Shown piece by piece: positions 34,835 to 47,005 of a DNA stretch of 64,000 nt (position 1 is the stretch's first letter; the number at the start of each line of letters is the position of its first letter). A model generated the notes under the pieces. That model saw only the letters and a list, made by a program, of their open reading frames with translations. It was not told the origin of the DNA and did no database searches. The DNA is from Trichosphaerium sp. ATCC 40318. Its lineage: Eukaryota > Protista > Tubulinea. Made by a program: the position numbers and the translations under genes. Location of the stretch: positions 1 to 64,000 of the forward strand of contig JALMLS010000130.1 of the NCBI GenBank assembly GCA_038496445.1. The letters are read 5' to 3'.

Positions 34835-36091
34835 CTAGCTTTCCAGTATTTTGACTCCATGAAAGTATTTAACCTTCTCTTTTATTTGTCCTAAATCATT
34901 CCACTTTATGCTCTCCCCTTCACATAAACCGTTAGTATAATAACACTTAATCTCCAATTGTCCATTCGCATGCCAACTCTTGTACTCTCCTTCTTTTTTT
35001 CCTTTAATGTAGTAGCATTGGTCCAATAAAGTACCATTTTCATACCACCTCTTGCTCTCTCCAACAGCAATATCATCTACAAACCAATAATGTGCTGACA
35101 GATGTCCATTCTTATGCCATTGCTTGCACTCTGCATTTAATTTACCACTGGTAAGGTGACAATGCTCTTCAAGTACACCATTATCGTACCAGCATTTTCT
35201 TTCTCCTTCCCACTTATTATTGACATAGTATTCATGTAAGTGCAATTGACCGTTCTTGTGCCATGACTTGCTCTCCCCATCTTTAATGCCATTAATATGA
35301 AAACATAATTCTCCATCATTGTTGAATCTTGCAGCACTATTAATCTTTGAGTAAACTGTACATTCTTCTTGCTCTCCATTTTCATACCACTTCCTTTCTA
35401 ATACTCTACATTCTTCGCCACCTATACTTTGTGTCCCATCACTAACAGGAGATAAAAGTTGATGCAATTGACCATTCTCATGCCAAACTTTTCTTTCTCC
35501 TGTTCTTACACCATTAACAAAAACAGTTCGAGATCGTAGTTGTCCACTTCTATACCAAGATTTTTCAATACCATTTTTCTTCTTATTTTTAAAGGTACAA
35601 GAAATCTCCTTTACTCCATTATCATAAAACCTATGCTCTTCATTTTCTTTGCCATTAATGCAATGACTCATTGCTTGTAATTTCCCAGTTTTATCAGAAA
35701 ACAGCTTCCACATTCCATGTTTTCTTCCTTTTTTGTAATCTATTGATTCCTTCAAAAGACCATTCAAACGCCACAATTTCAAGTCTCCATCAAGTTTGTT
35801 ATTAACATAATAACATTCTTTTATAAGTGTACCTCCTCTACGCCATGTACTAAGTCTTCCTTCCTTAAGGCCGTTTACATAGAATCTTTGACCTACTTTT
35901 CGATTTTTATTAAACCTCATCCATTTCCCTTGTTTTTTCAATTTGTTGTTAAACCTTGAACAATATGCAGCTTGTTTTGATAAAAGAGGCCATAAGAGAT
36001 AAATATTAACGTCTAAATCCATCATTTCGAGCTGTATTTCAGGTGGAAGCTGCAAGACACTTATACAAGCTTGTTTTTGTGTATGTGACAT
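34835..36091 (-). CDS. Intronless F-box-like + MORN-variant repeat protein (418 aa)
   Basis: VLQLPPEIQLEMMDLD..WPLLS, then more than 10 GE.K.W..NG.L repeats. Confidence 0.9.
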   Translation of the reverse strand: MSHTQKQACISVLQLPPEIQLEMMDLDVNIYLLWPLLSKQAAYCSRFNNKLKKQGKWMRFNKNRKVGQRFYVNGLKEGRLSTWRRGGTLIKECYYVNNKLDGDLKLWRLNGLLKESIDYKKGRKHGMWKLFSDKTGKLQAMSHCINGKENEEHRFYDNGVKEISCTFKNKKKNGIEKSWYRSGQLRSRTVFVNGVRTGERKVWHENGQLHQLLSPVSDGTQSIGGEECRVLERKWYENGEQEECTVYSKINSAARFNNDGELCFHINGIKDGESKSWHKNGQLHLHEYYVNNKWEGERKCWYDNGVLEEHCHLTSGKLNAECKQWHKNGHLSAHYWFVDDIAVGESKRWYENGTLLDQCYYIKGKKEGEYKSWHANGQLEIKCYYTNGLCEGESIKWNDLGQIKEKVKYFHGVKILES

Positions 36092-36137
36092 GAGAGATGT
36101 GTATCAGCTGCTACGTGGCTAATGTGGCAACGTTGTA

Positions 36138-37006
36138 ATGACTTTGGCGGGTATGCAAAACAATGTTTGTACACACGTTTGTTTCTGCGCAAATCAGAAG
36201 GTACTTGACTTTACACAGTCTTATCGAGCCTATTATAGTTCTTACACATGTCACAGTTTTTTTTAACAGTAGGATCGTTACGTACGCTGTTTTAACAAAG
36301 TACAACGAGAACTAACAACATTAGCTCTAAAAAGCACTACACATGTTGTTTTGTACCCTTTTAACGCCGATCAAACTATTCTAGACGCAGCAAACTACTT
36401 TATCGACAAACTATTTAAATTATCAGGCAGACGCCTTATGTACGCGTAGAAACTCTGGAAAACCATATTTATAAATCCACAATCACTTTTTAACGAAATT
36501 CCAGCAGTATTTCACCGAAATATGTTTTACGCTAAATCTTGTTTATAGGAGTATGCCAGACGTTCGGTATTCTGACACCACTTGAACATACAGTATCCTA
36601 ACGGGTTATATAGATGGAACATGAACACTGGGTTTCATGCAACTGGTGGTCAAGCAGCAAAGACAACATCAAGAATTCCGATCCTCGTGAGTTAGAAAAG
36701 AAACAACAGCTTGTAATTTATGTTATTTGTGTAGATTGGTAACAGCAAGATAGTGCTTGAAAAGTACGAGATTGACGAACCGTTAAAAGATGCAGAAACC
36801 TCTTTTTTTGTACATTGTCAGGGTCCTTACTTGATGGTACTTTACTTCAATTGTAGAGATTCAATTATCTTACTTGTCATTAGTTTGTTAGTAATACTGG
36901 AGATGGCGTAAGAAAATCTATTGATTGGTTTTGGACCAATCACGTGATTGACACAAACGCAGTTGATGGAGAAATTGCAATACCAGAATTCAAAGAACAA
37001 AGCTAA
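36138..37006 (+). CDS. Hypothetical protein (~130 aa, many tiny exons; start uncertain)
   Basis: In-frame join ..AANYFIDKLFKLSGRRLM|SMPDVR|WNMNTGFH..IPIL|IGNSK..PYLM|FVSNTG..KEQS*. Confidence 0.55.
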
Positions 37007-37150
37007 TGAGCATTGAAAAGAAAGAACATAAACTTGATTTTTTATTATTCCATAAGCATATGGACTTATCATTACGCGTTCTATAACAGTTATTTAGCAA
37101 AAAAAAAAAAAGAGAAGAAGTCTGCTTACATTCCAAAAGCTGACGCTTAT

Positions 37151-37627
37151 TCAAAAATTGCAAACTTGATAGAGAATTATCGCCATAAATGCATACAGTT
37201 CAGGATGTTCTTCATCTGGATTAACAATGGAGACGTGGTAGTTCTCAGCCACTCCACGTAGTCTTTGTATTCTAGCAACTTCTTCTTTTTGAAGTGTTTG
37301 AAGAATATACTTATAGGCCCCTTCTTCTATATGTATTTCAAGCTTGATACCATACTTCTGTTCTCCTATCATTACTTTCCAATCATAACCTCTATCTGCT
37401 TTGTGATGCATTGAAGCGACAAAGGAACCATCTTTCTTGTTTATGATATATTTTGGATACATTGACAACGCTCTTCTTTCAGCCTTCAGTAATGTCTTGC
37501 CTTCGGTGGTTTGAATTTTAACATCGTTACCTAAGACCTTTCCTTGTGCTTTGAAAAGAAGCTTCTCTTCTTTTGTTTCAACCTTGTATTTTGGCGCCCA
37601 CTCGTTTTTCTTTATGTATAGTTCCAT
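37151..37627 (-). CDS. Intronless LURP-one/Tubby-C-like (YxjI/scramblase family) protein
   Basis: MELYIKK..KYKV...LFKAQGK..I....G..LL...R..LS.YPKY.I..; ends in the hydrophobic helix ELYAFMAIIL. Confidence 0.75.
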   Translation of the reverse strand: MELYIKKNEWAPKYKVETKEEKLLFKAQGKVLGNDVKIQTTEGKTLLKAERRALSMYPKYIINKKDGSFVASMHHKADRGYDWKVMIGEQKYGIKLEIHIEEGAYKYILQTLQKEEVARIQRLRGVAENYHVSIVNPDEEHPELYAFMAIILYQVCNF

Positions 37628-38012
37628 TTTTCCTTGCCAATTGCTGTTGTTGTGTATGTTATGTATCACGTGTGATTATGGGCCTTTCTTAGTATTCCAT
37701 GAATACCCACTCTAAGTCCCCACTATTCCCTAAACCTCCAGCCAGTTCCGTAAAAAGATGGCGACCAAAGAGGGTGAAATATACAATTGACATATTTTAC
37801 CGTTTTGGGCAACACAAAAGATTGTGGTGACTAAACATCGACCCTATTGTAAGCAAGTAATACCTTAATGCGCGACATACCGAAACAGCTACAGTGTGTT
37901 TTAAAACGAACATAGTAGATAAATCCCTGCCATATTACACTGCAGTCAAATACTAAAGCGTATACCAATCAAAAAACTAACACAGGTTTTTAAATCATAT
38001 GCTGCACGTGAT

Positions 38013-38900
38013 ATGTCGGAGCTATATTTCTTAGATCCAACCAAAAACATCAACGATGACGATCGCTTGAGAAAGCGAACTAATCCGGCTGAGCACCCAA
38101 CTTGTGATTTGTACAAACAATAAAATTCGAACTGTACATACAGCCCGTGGCGTGTAAAAAGAAGGCTACACTGCTAGCTTTATTTTTCGGACCCTTTAAA
38201 GCTAATTTATTGGCATTCAGGATATAACGTCTTTGTACAATAGTTGAATGGATGCAAAACTAATGCGAAATACAAGACCTGTTTCTCCGAGATTCCAAGT
38301 GATTGCTGTATCCAAATCTAGCGTACTAACATATCACCTTGGTAATACATACCTTATTGATTACTATGAACCACAACATAACTCAGAACTAACAATAATA
38401 AAACAGAATCTAAAAGAACAGACTGTTGATTTATTGAGTTTGTGAGATTTGCGCTATGTTTCCACTTATTCTTTGTAGCTGAAACAGCATCAATACCTTC
38501 TTCAAGATAATCTTGATAGCAAGCGTAGCATCAGCAGCAGTAAATCCCAACAATGAAGTTTGGAGACGGCTTGAAGAAGGTCATGAAGCGGCTTTCCATA
38601 TATTTCAGTAGCTTCCTTATTTAAACACTTAGGTGCTTGCACACAAACAAGATAATTGAAGGCATCATCAGAAAGAAGGCTTGCCTAGATGGCTTCATAC
38701 GAGTGCTACATAATAAAGTAAGAATCCTCTTGATTTAAGATCTTGGGTCGTACAAAGAAGCACAAGTCTATCAACCAAGCGTTTTACTTTTTTGTATTTC
38801 GTAATCTCGGTGACACTCTGTCTTTAGAATACCAAATTGTCGTTTGCTCTGTTGTCACTTGTTCTGCCAGCAATGTTTGTTACATGACTTAAAGTTTCCG
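38013..38900 (+). pseudogene. Possible degenerate spliced gene with a RING-like remnant
   Basis: First exon MSELYFLDPTK.., later CRLLCCHLFCQQCL. No stop-free model found. Confidence 0.3.
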
Positions 38901-38972
38901 TGAATGGAATGAAAAATCCAAATTATATTTAACTGTTTTGACTTGAAAGATACGGCTAATACAGCTCCTTTC

Positions 38973-41129
38973 ATGTGGCAAGTAGTAGCTATAGTACTTG
39001 TAATTATAGTTGGCTGTGATGCACTTGTTTTAATTGATGCCAATAATACAGAACGTACTAGATTTTACTCTTTTAGTATCTTATATGTTAAATGCACTCA
39101 TGCCTATGTCTCTAGACTTTTTCGACACTCCAGACATCACGTGGCTTTCAAAAAATATTTGGGAACAGCACCAATCAATATCAGGTATTAATTTCTACGT
39201 AATCGTAGTATTACGTCATGGTGGTATTAAACATGCAGAAGCGTTTAAAAAAAACCACAAAAAAAGGGAACTATAGTGCTGTCTAGCGCGGACGCTCTAG
39301 CCGCTGTACCCTTCACGTGACACATTTTATTAAATATTTTATTCTGTTCAAGGTTCAAGGGCGCTGACTTTCTGTTACAGGAACTCTTGTTGGTTATACA
39401 CATCCTAATATTTCTGGAAAGATCGTGTTGTTGCCTGTTGAGAGAGCGAACTGGGGCAATAGCATTGTAGAAATTGCGGAAAGTGGTGCCATTGCTATCG
39501 TATTCTTTATCGTGGATGTTAAAGGTAGGTAGAGCAAAATTAGAACTGCACATTTTACAAGTACTGCAAAAAAGTGAAAAATAAGCCCGTAACAATTCTT
39601 TGAACATATTTTGTTGTCAGTTCTGGTTAGCGTACCAATCTGACACGTGAGGCGCTGTCTAATTAATTATTTTTTCAAATACTACTGCGTATTCTTTGTA
39701 CCTGTACAGAAAAGATTTGATTTTGCTCGTTGTCGCTTTTGCGCCAAGGTTGCCTTCTCATTTGTAACATAGTTGAGCATGGTTCACTAAACTATTTGCG
39801 TTTAAACACAGTAAAAAAAATGCCATGTATTCCCAGCGTAGAAGCAGGAATAGACCTTGCAGAGATATTGAGAAGTACACTAATACCGGACAATAATGGA
39901 ACTTTCTTAACTTTCGATGTCACCTTATTTCCTAATGGTATCTAAAATATTTCAATTTTTTTTTGATCAACACGTTTTTTTCTTCACTCTTGTTGGTTGT
40001 TCTCACGTCTTTATTTTAGATCACAACCCTTGGAAAATCACAAATGAAATCGTTCTAGTGCGTGTATAACTCTATTTGCATGAACTAAGACTGTCAATAT
40101 AGGTTTTCTTCTCTATTCTATTTGGTGGTCTGTGTTTTGGTGTTGTGTTTCTAGGTACACAAAAGCTATACTATATCTTCAAAAAACAGAAGCATTTCGA
40201 GTTATCTTTCCCTATCTTATGCCTTGTCGGTGAAGTTTTTGCAAATACTTGTACGTTTTATAATCCCATTTCATAATTGCTAACTCAACAACTCAGTACG
40301 AGGGACTTATGTCGTTATTGATCCTCTGTACTCTCGAAGGATATTCCCTTGCGTTGTTCATGATATCTTCTTATTTGGGATGCCTTCACTCTCGTTTGCA
40401 ACCACTATCCTTGCTTCAATGTATTGGTGCGTAACAACGGCACCTACTTGAGTTCATTCAATCTTGTTGTTTACTTGAGTAGGCACAGCATGTTGCACAA
40501 TATTAGAAAAGGGCAATTCAGAGTTGAAAATTATTTAACTAGGAAGGTTCTGATTGCATGGGCATTTGCGATTTTAGTAGTTGTAGTTGCGGACTTGACC
40601 CTTGCTATTTTAACTGGACTTTACAACTCACCATTGTTGAATATACTGTCTGTTGTCATAGTTGTGTCTATTACACTGGCTGGAGGTATTTATATGGTAG
40701 TTACTGGATCTTTTGTAATATATATGGTTAATCGAGAGGAACAGAATGAACTAACTAGAGTACTCACAAAGGTAACGTTTTTGTAAAGCACTTCTATGTT
40801 TAATGTAAACTTGTCACTTTCAGGTTTATTTCACGTTTTTTTTTTCACGTGTTTTACAGAGGTTTTTTTTGACACTTTTTTAGATCTCTATACAGCTGAT
40901 GATAAGTGCTGTGCTATTTACCTTATCTCCTTTAATTCCAGCTTTAGTGACAAATGTAATTGATACTATAAATTCTCTAAACATTGCTATGTTTGCTTTT
41001 TGGCTACAACTTGCTTGTATAAGCTTTCTGCATGTCACGGCAATAAGAAAAAAGAGAAATAAGAAAGAAAAGACAATAGCAATGCTTGAGTCAAAAACGG
41101 AATCATCAATAAAGACATTAAACTTGTGA
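38973..41129 (+). CDS. Signal peptide + PA-like ectodomain + ~7TM (TOM1/THH1 or GPCR-like) protein
   Basis: MWQVVAIVLVIIVGCDA, ISGKIVLL..IAESGAIAIVF, then seven hydrophobic segments including IDPL..R and MYWH. Confidence 0.75.
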
Positions 41130-41468
41130 AGCAACAAACAAACTCACATAAATAAAGCTAGCTTGAACATCAATTAATTGTTATTTATCTTGTTTTATTT
41201 TCTTATGTACAAAATTGAATTGCGCTTATTTTTTTCTAATATTGCAACAAGCAGCCATTGCGCACAAAGCCACTATTCAGATACATATGTCAATAATATA
41301 GAAAAAGAGACTGTACATACTACACACATAAACACAGATTGAAAACTATTTTATCCAAGCTCTCTAGGTGTATACAAGTATGTACAACATGCGCTCCTTC
41401 TTTCTTTCTTTTTCTTTTTTTTTTCTGGTTATTTTCTTGCTTTTTTTCTTTTCGTTGTGTTTTTTGGC

Positions 41469-44400
41469 TTATTTTGTTTTGTAAAATTTCAGTATAGCAT
41501 CATTAGCACCAGATAGCTTCAAATGAGCCTGAGGAAGAACGCTATCTGAACTTCTCTTATCGACAACACGGAAACTTCCCAAAAAGTGATTATAATTGAT
41601 CATACCACCAACATCCCTGAAGACGTTGAGTTTAGTTTCAAAGAAAAAAAAGTATGCAAAATAAAATAAAATTTTAGTGTTCCCTATGAGACTTGAACTC
41701 ACAACCTTCTGTGTATTAGACAGATGCTCTGACCGATTGAGCTAAGAGAACTTGCTTGTGTTTAAAGTATCTCTAAACAGCAACCCAGCCAAAAAAGCAG
41801 GTATATACAGGAGCACAAAAAGCAGAAAAAAATCCGAAAAGCTCCGAACAAAAAAAAAGGAAGCAGCAAAGAACCGTACTTTGGTAGACTAGATAAAAGC
41901 AAATCAATCTCCCTCTCTGTTAGCCGCTTAGAAGGATCACGATGTTTTTCTTCAAAAGCCATTATTGTAGCTTTAATTTCAGTTATCGTAAGCCTTTCTT
42001 GATTATCTACGTCCAAATGGCGAAAAATATTACGAAGCTGAAAAAAAAAAAGGAGTAAGGCACAAACCAAAAATACTACGTTTGTAAGTCTTACTTGAAA
42101 TCGTAGTTTATGAATCTTGTTAATCAAGTTATTATCTACAAAGTTGAGCATAGACTGTCCTCGTTGCAACTTTGGTCTTGACGCAGCAAGTGGCTAAACA
42201 AGAAGTGAGTATACAAAAAACTAGACAAATAATTGAAAACAAAAACATACGACTGATTTCTTCGTAAAGAACGCATGATTGAACTCATCTTGTGATATAT
42301 GGCCATTTTCACCCTTATTAATATAGGAGAATATCTTATGACGCTCTGCTTTACTATAGTCGTTCTTGATACGCAAATAGCTCAAACCGATACCAAACTT
42401 CTTATACGATATCCCAGAGGTTGGCTAGAGCGTAAATAAGTACAATTATAACCTTTTGATAGTAACGGATCATGTCACAACGTAATGATATCAAAAAAAA
42501 CCCGAGGAAGTTAAGTCAGCGTACACTCATCGCAAACTTAATGTACATCTTTTGAGGATCTAATTTAGAGTGCTGCATGCGTTTAGCCATGACTTCAATA
42601 GCTTCTTCAATCCAAGGAACATCTTGTGTAGATACTGTACGATGCCATTCTGTTTTGAATCGAGCTTTAATTTCACGCACTGTAAAGTGCCCTACAGAGG
42701 CTGCATCTATACCACGAACAAAGTCCTAGGATGCATATTTAAAAACTCATCAAACAAGCAAAAATATTCCTCAAGATTGGTCGCGACACACCAAACAAGT
42801 GTAGGAAAAAACTGAGAAAAAAGGTGTTTTACACCTACAAAACTACGCACCCATAGCTGATCTTTTGAAAGATCTAAATCCAATTTATATAAAGCATCAA
42901 TGAATCGATCATAATACAGCTTGCCTGTTATTTAAAAAGCACGTGAGTAAAATGGTTTAAGGAACGAATATGTACCAGTATTGTTTTGATCCCATGCTGA
43001 AAATGCAGCATCTAGATTACCATACTGTCTCATAATACGAGTACAAATCTTTTTAATTGTCATTCGCTCGAATTTAAAGTATAACGCACTAAATAGAATT
43101 AAGACATGTACTGTCAAGGACACAAGAGATGAGAAGGAAAAAAAAATAAAACGTACTCATCAACTTTAATTTCATAGCGATCAAGGAACTCAAGATATCG
43201 TAATTCCTGGTCTCCAGAAGTATAAGCCAAGTAAGGTTGCAATTGAATCCACTGAATTGGTAACCGCAAGACATTTTTCATACACTCTGCCCATTGAGTT
43301 ACAGTTATAACACCATCATCGTCCTAAGTTGGTAAAAGTTAGAGTTTAGTAACAAGCAAAAAAACTTTCTTCCGTACATTATCACAACTTTTAAACGCAG
43401 TTGTGAGTTGCCTACGCATATGAAAAATATGTTCTCTAAGTTTCTTCAACGTCTGTGTTTTTTGTATTTGTTTGTGGTTCTCTTTGTCAAAATGACCGAT
43501 ATCAATTGCAGCAGTGTATGTCTTAAATATCGGTCGGGTGAGCTTACCACCAAATTCAAAAATTGCAACAGCACCTAAAGGTACAGATGAGCCAACCAAC
43601 GGTATGGTAGCAACTTGAAAGTTGCAAAATGTTTTATAGTCGGAGGGGGGTTCGAACCCCCGACCTTCTGCGTGTGAAGCAGATGTGATAACCAACTACA
43701 CCATCCGACTAGCTTATTGACATAGAAAGCAAACAATAAAAAAACCGGCCAGAAGACCATCCAACAAGAAGTAAAGATTCCTGCGTAAGTAATTGACTAG
43801 AGGGTTAAAACGTACCCTTATTATCATTTAATCCACAATAGCAAGACGCAGAAAATATTGTAAGCACTCTATCATCATGACAAAACTCGTAACCTGACAT
43901 CTTTCATTAGTACATCAAAACAAGTATTCAGCTCGCACCTAAAGCGCATACTTCATGAGAACGCACTAGTAACTCAATACCACTATCTTTAAAGAAGCTC
44001 TTAGTAATATCTTTACCAAAGTATACACCTGCACCACGCTGACTTTTTTCAGTGCCTAAATGATGATAAATTTCAGTTTGTTCACAACAAACAACCCACC
44101 GGCGTTACTAACCTTGTATGTGTCTTGGATCACTCCACAATGTAGCTTCAAGCAACTTTAATTCTTGAGTATGGCAAAACTTTGACTTCGGAATATCCAC
44201 GTGACGATTAGCCCTTTGTGAGGTATAAACACAAGGTGGACAAAAATAAAATCACTAAATTCACAACATTCAAAAAAAAAGATCCGTACGATGCATAATC
44301 CTTAAGCTTCGGAATAAATGCTGGTAAACCACCATGAAGTATGAAAACTTTACCTTCTATTAAGCTAGCAATAGGTAGTTCCATAAACGTCGCTTGAACG

Positions 44401-46185
44401 CTCTCAAATCTACATAAAAAAATCAACTCCGAGACCATTACTGAAAAGAAAAAAAAAACTGTTATGTACAATTTAGTATCGTAATGTTTTCTCATTTGCG
44501 TCTCAAAATTATAACGCATATTCAATCGCCTCAGTTCATGGTTACCACGATGCAAATTAACGTATTTAGGATACGCAATTTTAAGAGCATATAGAATCCA
44601 TAACACCTCTGGTCCTTGAGGTCCACGATCAACAAAATCTACGCAAAAAATATAAGCAACTTTACACAAATGAGATAAAAACAAAATGTGTCAAAAAGCA
44701 AATTGTTCAATTTGACACATTTTGACATTTACTTTTTTTTTTCTTTCGAAATACAAACGCACCTCCATTAAAAATGTAGTGTTGAGTGGGAGAAGGTAAT
44801 CCGTTTTTCTTAATTACTGTATCCAAGTCAATAAGTTGTCCATGAATATCACCCACAACGATAACTCGTCCATTTTTTGGAACAGTAACACGTAAAACAT
44901 TAGGTTCCTTTTTTATTCTTAGTTTCAAAATGAGAATCTCTACTTACCTTCTCAAGGATCTTCTTGACTACTACTGTCAAATACCATGCATACTTATAAT
45001 GCAGCGGCTTGCTATTGACAAAAGCATGAAGCATATCTTTAATAGATGATGCAGTGATCTTTTCTGGTACAACAGGACCTTTTGAGAAGCATAAGCGTAT
45101 TTAATGTTCGTATTTTCTTCTAAAAAGTTTTCTGATGTGAACTTGATCTTCTTCGTACCATCATAACTTTTTGGTATTTGGAATCGATCAAGCATAGATG
45201 GGCGACGCGGTAAAAAGGAAGCGCTTCGTAATTTTTTATGTACAAGTTCCAATAACTGTTCCCCACTAAAATCATCTGTGCCTTGAAGTAACCTCTCTAC
45301 AAAACAAACTTCCGTAAGCTCTATTTTAAACAAATACACAAACAAAATCACAAATTCCACGTGATAAAAAATCATACCTTCAAGATCTTCTAATTGGAGC
45401 CACGCATGGTTAAACGCTGCATACTCAGTCTCACCTACAGAGAAATTATTAGATTATTGAGAAAAAACATGAACAGGCTATGTACACAAAAAAAATCGTA
45501 ATTTCGTTTGAGACCATGGTGACGCTATATCATAGAATAAAGAACGCACCTGGTTCTGTCGCCATTATTTCCTTTTCTGTGACAGGCTCACTTTGAGCTA
45601 TAGGACTCGGTCTCACTTTAGACCGTTTCCGCCTTGCAATAGATGCGTTTGGCGTGCTATGAGCAAGTTTCTTTGTGCCAACCTTCTCCTTGACACGAGC
45701 ATTAGTGAAAACTACTTTAAAACAACAGTAATCGCGTGGTGCTGTGTACTTATGACACTTTGTACAATAGCGGTTACACAAATGCTCGAAAAACAAATTA
45801 GAAACAATAAACCGTACCCGTTTGTTTATACTGGTCAGTGTACTCTTATGCGATTGCGATTTGGTGTGTCTTTTTATGTTTCGATTACTGCCGTTCTTTT
45901 TGGCGTCTGTAACGTTCGTTCCTGCCCTCGCAGTTATACCAAGAGCCTCAGCAACAGAGAACGTTCGTTGCTCTTTGCCTACTACAAACCCATCTAAGGC
46001 TGTAGAGAGATTACGATGCCCTACCGCTCGCCTAACGTAAACGTCAATACAATAAACTCCGTGTTTGGTTTTTACCTCGGCTTTTTGCTCTTATCTTCTC
46101 CAATACTACCTACATATGCGTTGAGCACAATAATCCAGCGTTGTAACTAACCAGTTGATTTGTTTAAATCAGGCTCCTTAGACAT
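41469..46185 (-). CDS. PPEF: PPEF/RdgC-type Ser/Thr phosphatase with EF-hands
   Basis: GDIHG, DFVDRG, RGNHE, LHGG, LLWSDP, VRSHE, TIFSASCY, and several C-terminal EF-hand loops (WDQNNTG, LDVDNQE). Confidence 0.9.
41678..41751 (-). tRNA. tRNA-Ile(AAT), intronic
   Basis: GTTCTCT..TAGCTCAATCGGTCAGAGC A TCTGT-CTAATAC-ACAGA AGGTT GTGAG-TTCAAGT-CTCAT AGGGAAC A; full cloverleaf with TTTT downstream. Confidence 0.95.
43637..43710 (-). tRNA. tRNA-Val(CAC), intronic
   Basis: AGTCGGA TGGTGTAGTTGGTTATCAC A TCTGC-TTCACAC-GCAGA AGGTC GGGGG-TTCGAAC-CCCCC TCCGACT A. Confidence 0.95.
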
Positions 46186-46318
46186 TGGCTACCAATACTA
46201 CGTATAACGCAGTGTTCGTATTTTTCTAACGTGGTAACGATTATGCGGTTTTTGTTGCCTCGATTTTTACACTTAACACTTAAACCGGCTTATTTTCTAA
46301 CATTGCTACGCACCAAGC

Positions 46319-46769
46319 ATGACGACACTGGAGGTTACAGTTGTAGAAGGCATAAACCTGCCACAAAGACAAGGCTTTCGCAAATTGCCTGTAATCACTG
46401 GGATAATTGTAGGAGACAAAGAGGAAGTATTAACAGAGCCTGCATCTGATAGTCTGTGCCCCACATGGTCCGAATTTAGTTGATACTTTTAGCTCACTAG
46501 CTCAGGAACCATACAATGAAGATACCGGACGTATCAGAAGACATTAAAGAGCTAACCGTAAAATTATACGCTAAACATGTCATCCACAACCGAGAACTCG
46601 TGTACGTGCATCAAATTGCATGTTGACACCCGCTAAGCAATAAACTAGAGACGAAACTAATGTAAATATCACTCGAGCGACAGACGGAGTTATTGCAGAC
46701 TTGTGGGGTGACTTTGCAAAGGGAGGAAGACTAAGATTGCGTGTACAGCGTGTAACGTCGCCTTCCTAA
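46319..46769 (+). CDS. Small stand-alone C2-domain protein (3 exons)
   Basis: TLEVTVVEGINLP..SLCPTWNHTM..LTVKLY..W...GGRLRLRVQ. Confidence 0.75.
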
Positions 46770-47005
46770 ACTTTAAACAATTGTATCTCGGCAATAGATC
46801 TAAAACTGCTAAAACCCACTTTAACACAACTACAAAGCGTCGTAGATTTTTTCGCGTGTTTATACGACACGTGGGGATGGTTACAGGAAAACTAAGTGAC
46901 GTCTAGAAACAATAGAAACTTCAAAAGATTTACAATATCACGTTGTAAAGCCTTGTTTCGTTTAGTTTCGACGTAATTAAGAATCACGTGCTAAAAGTGC
47001 TGTTT

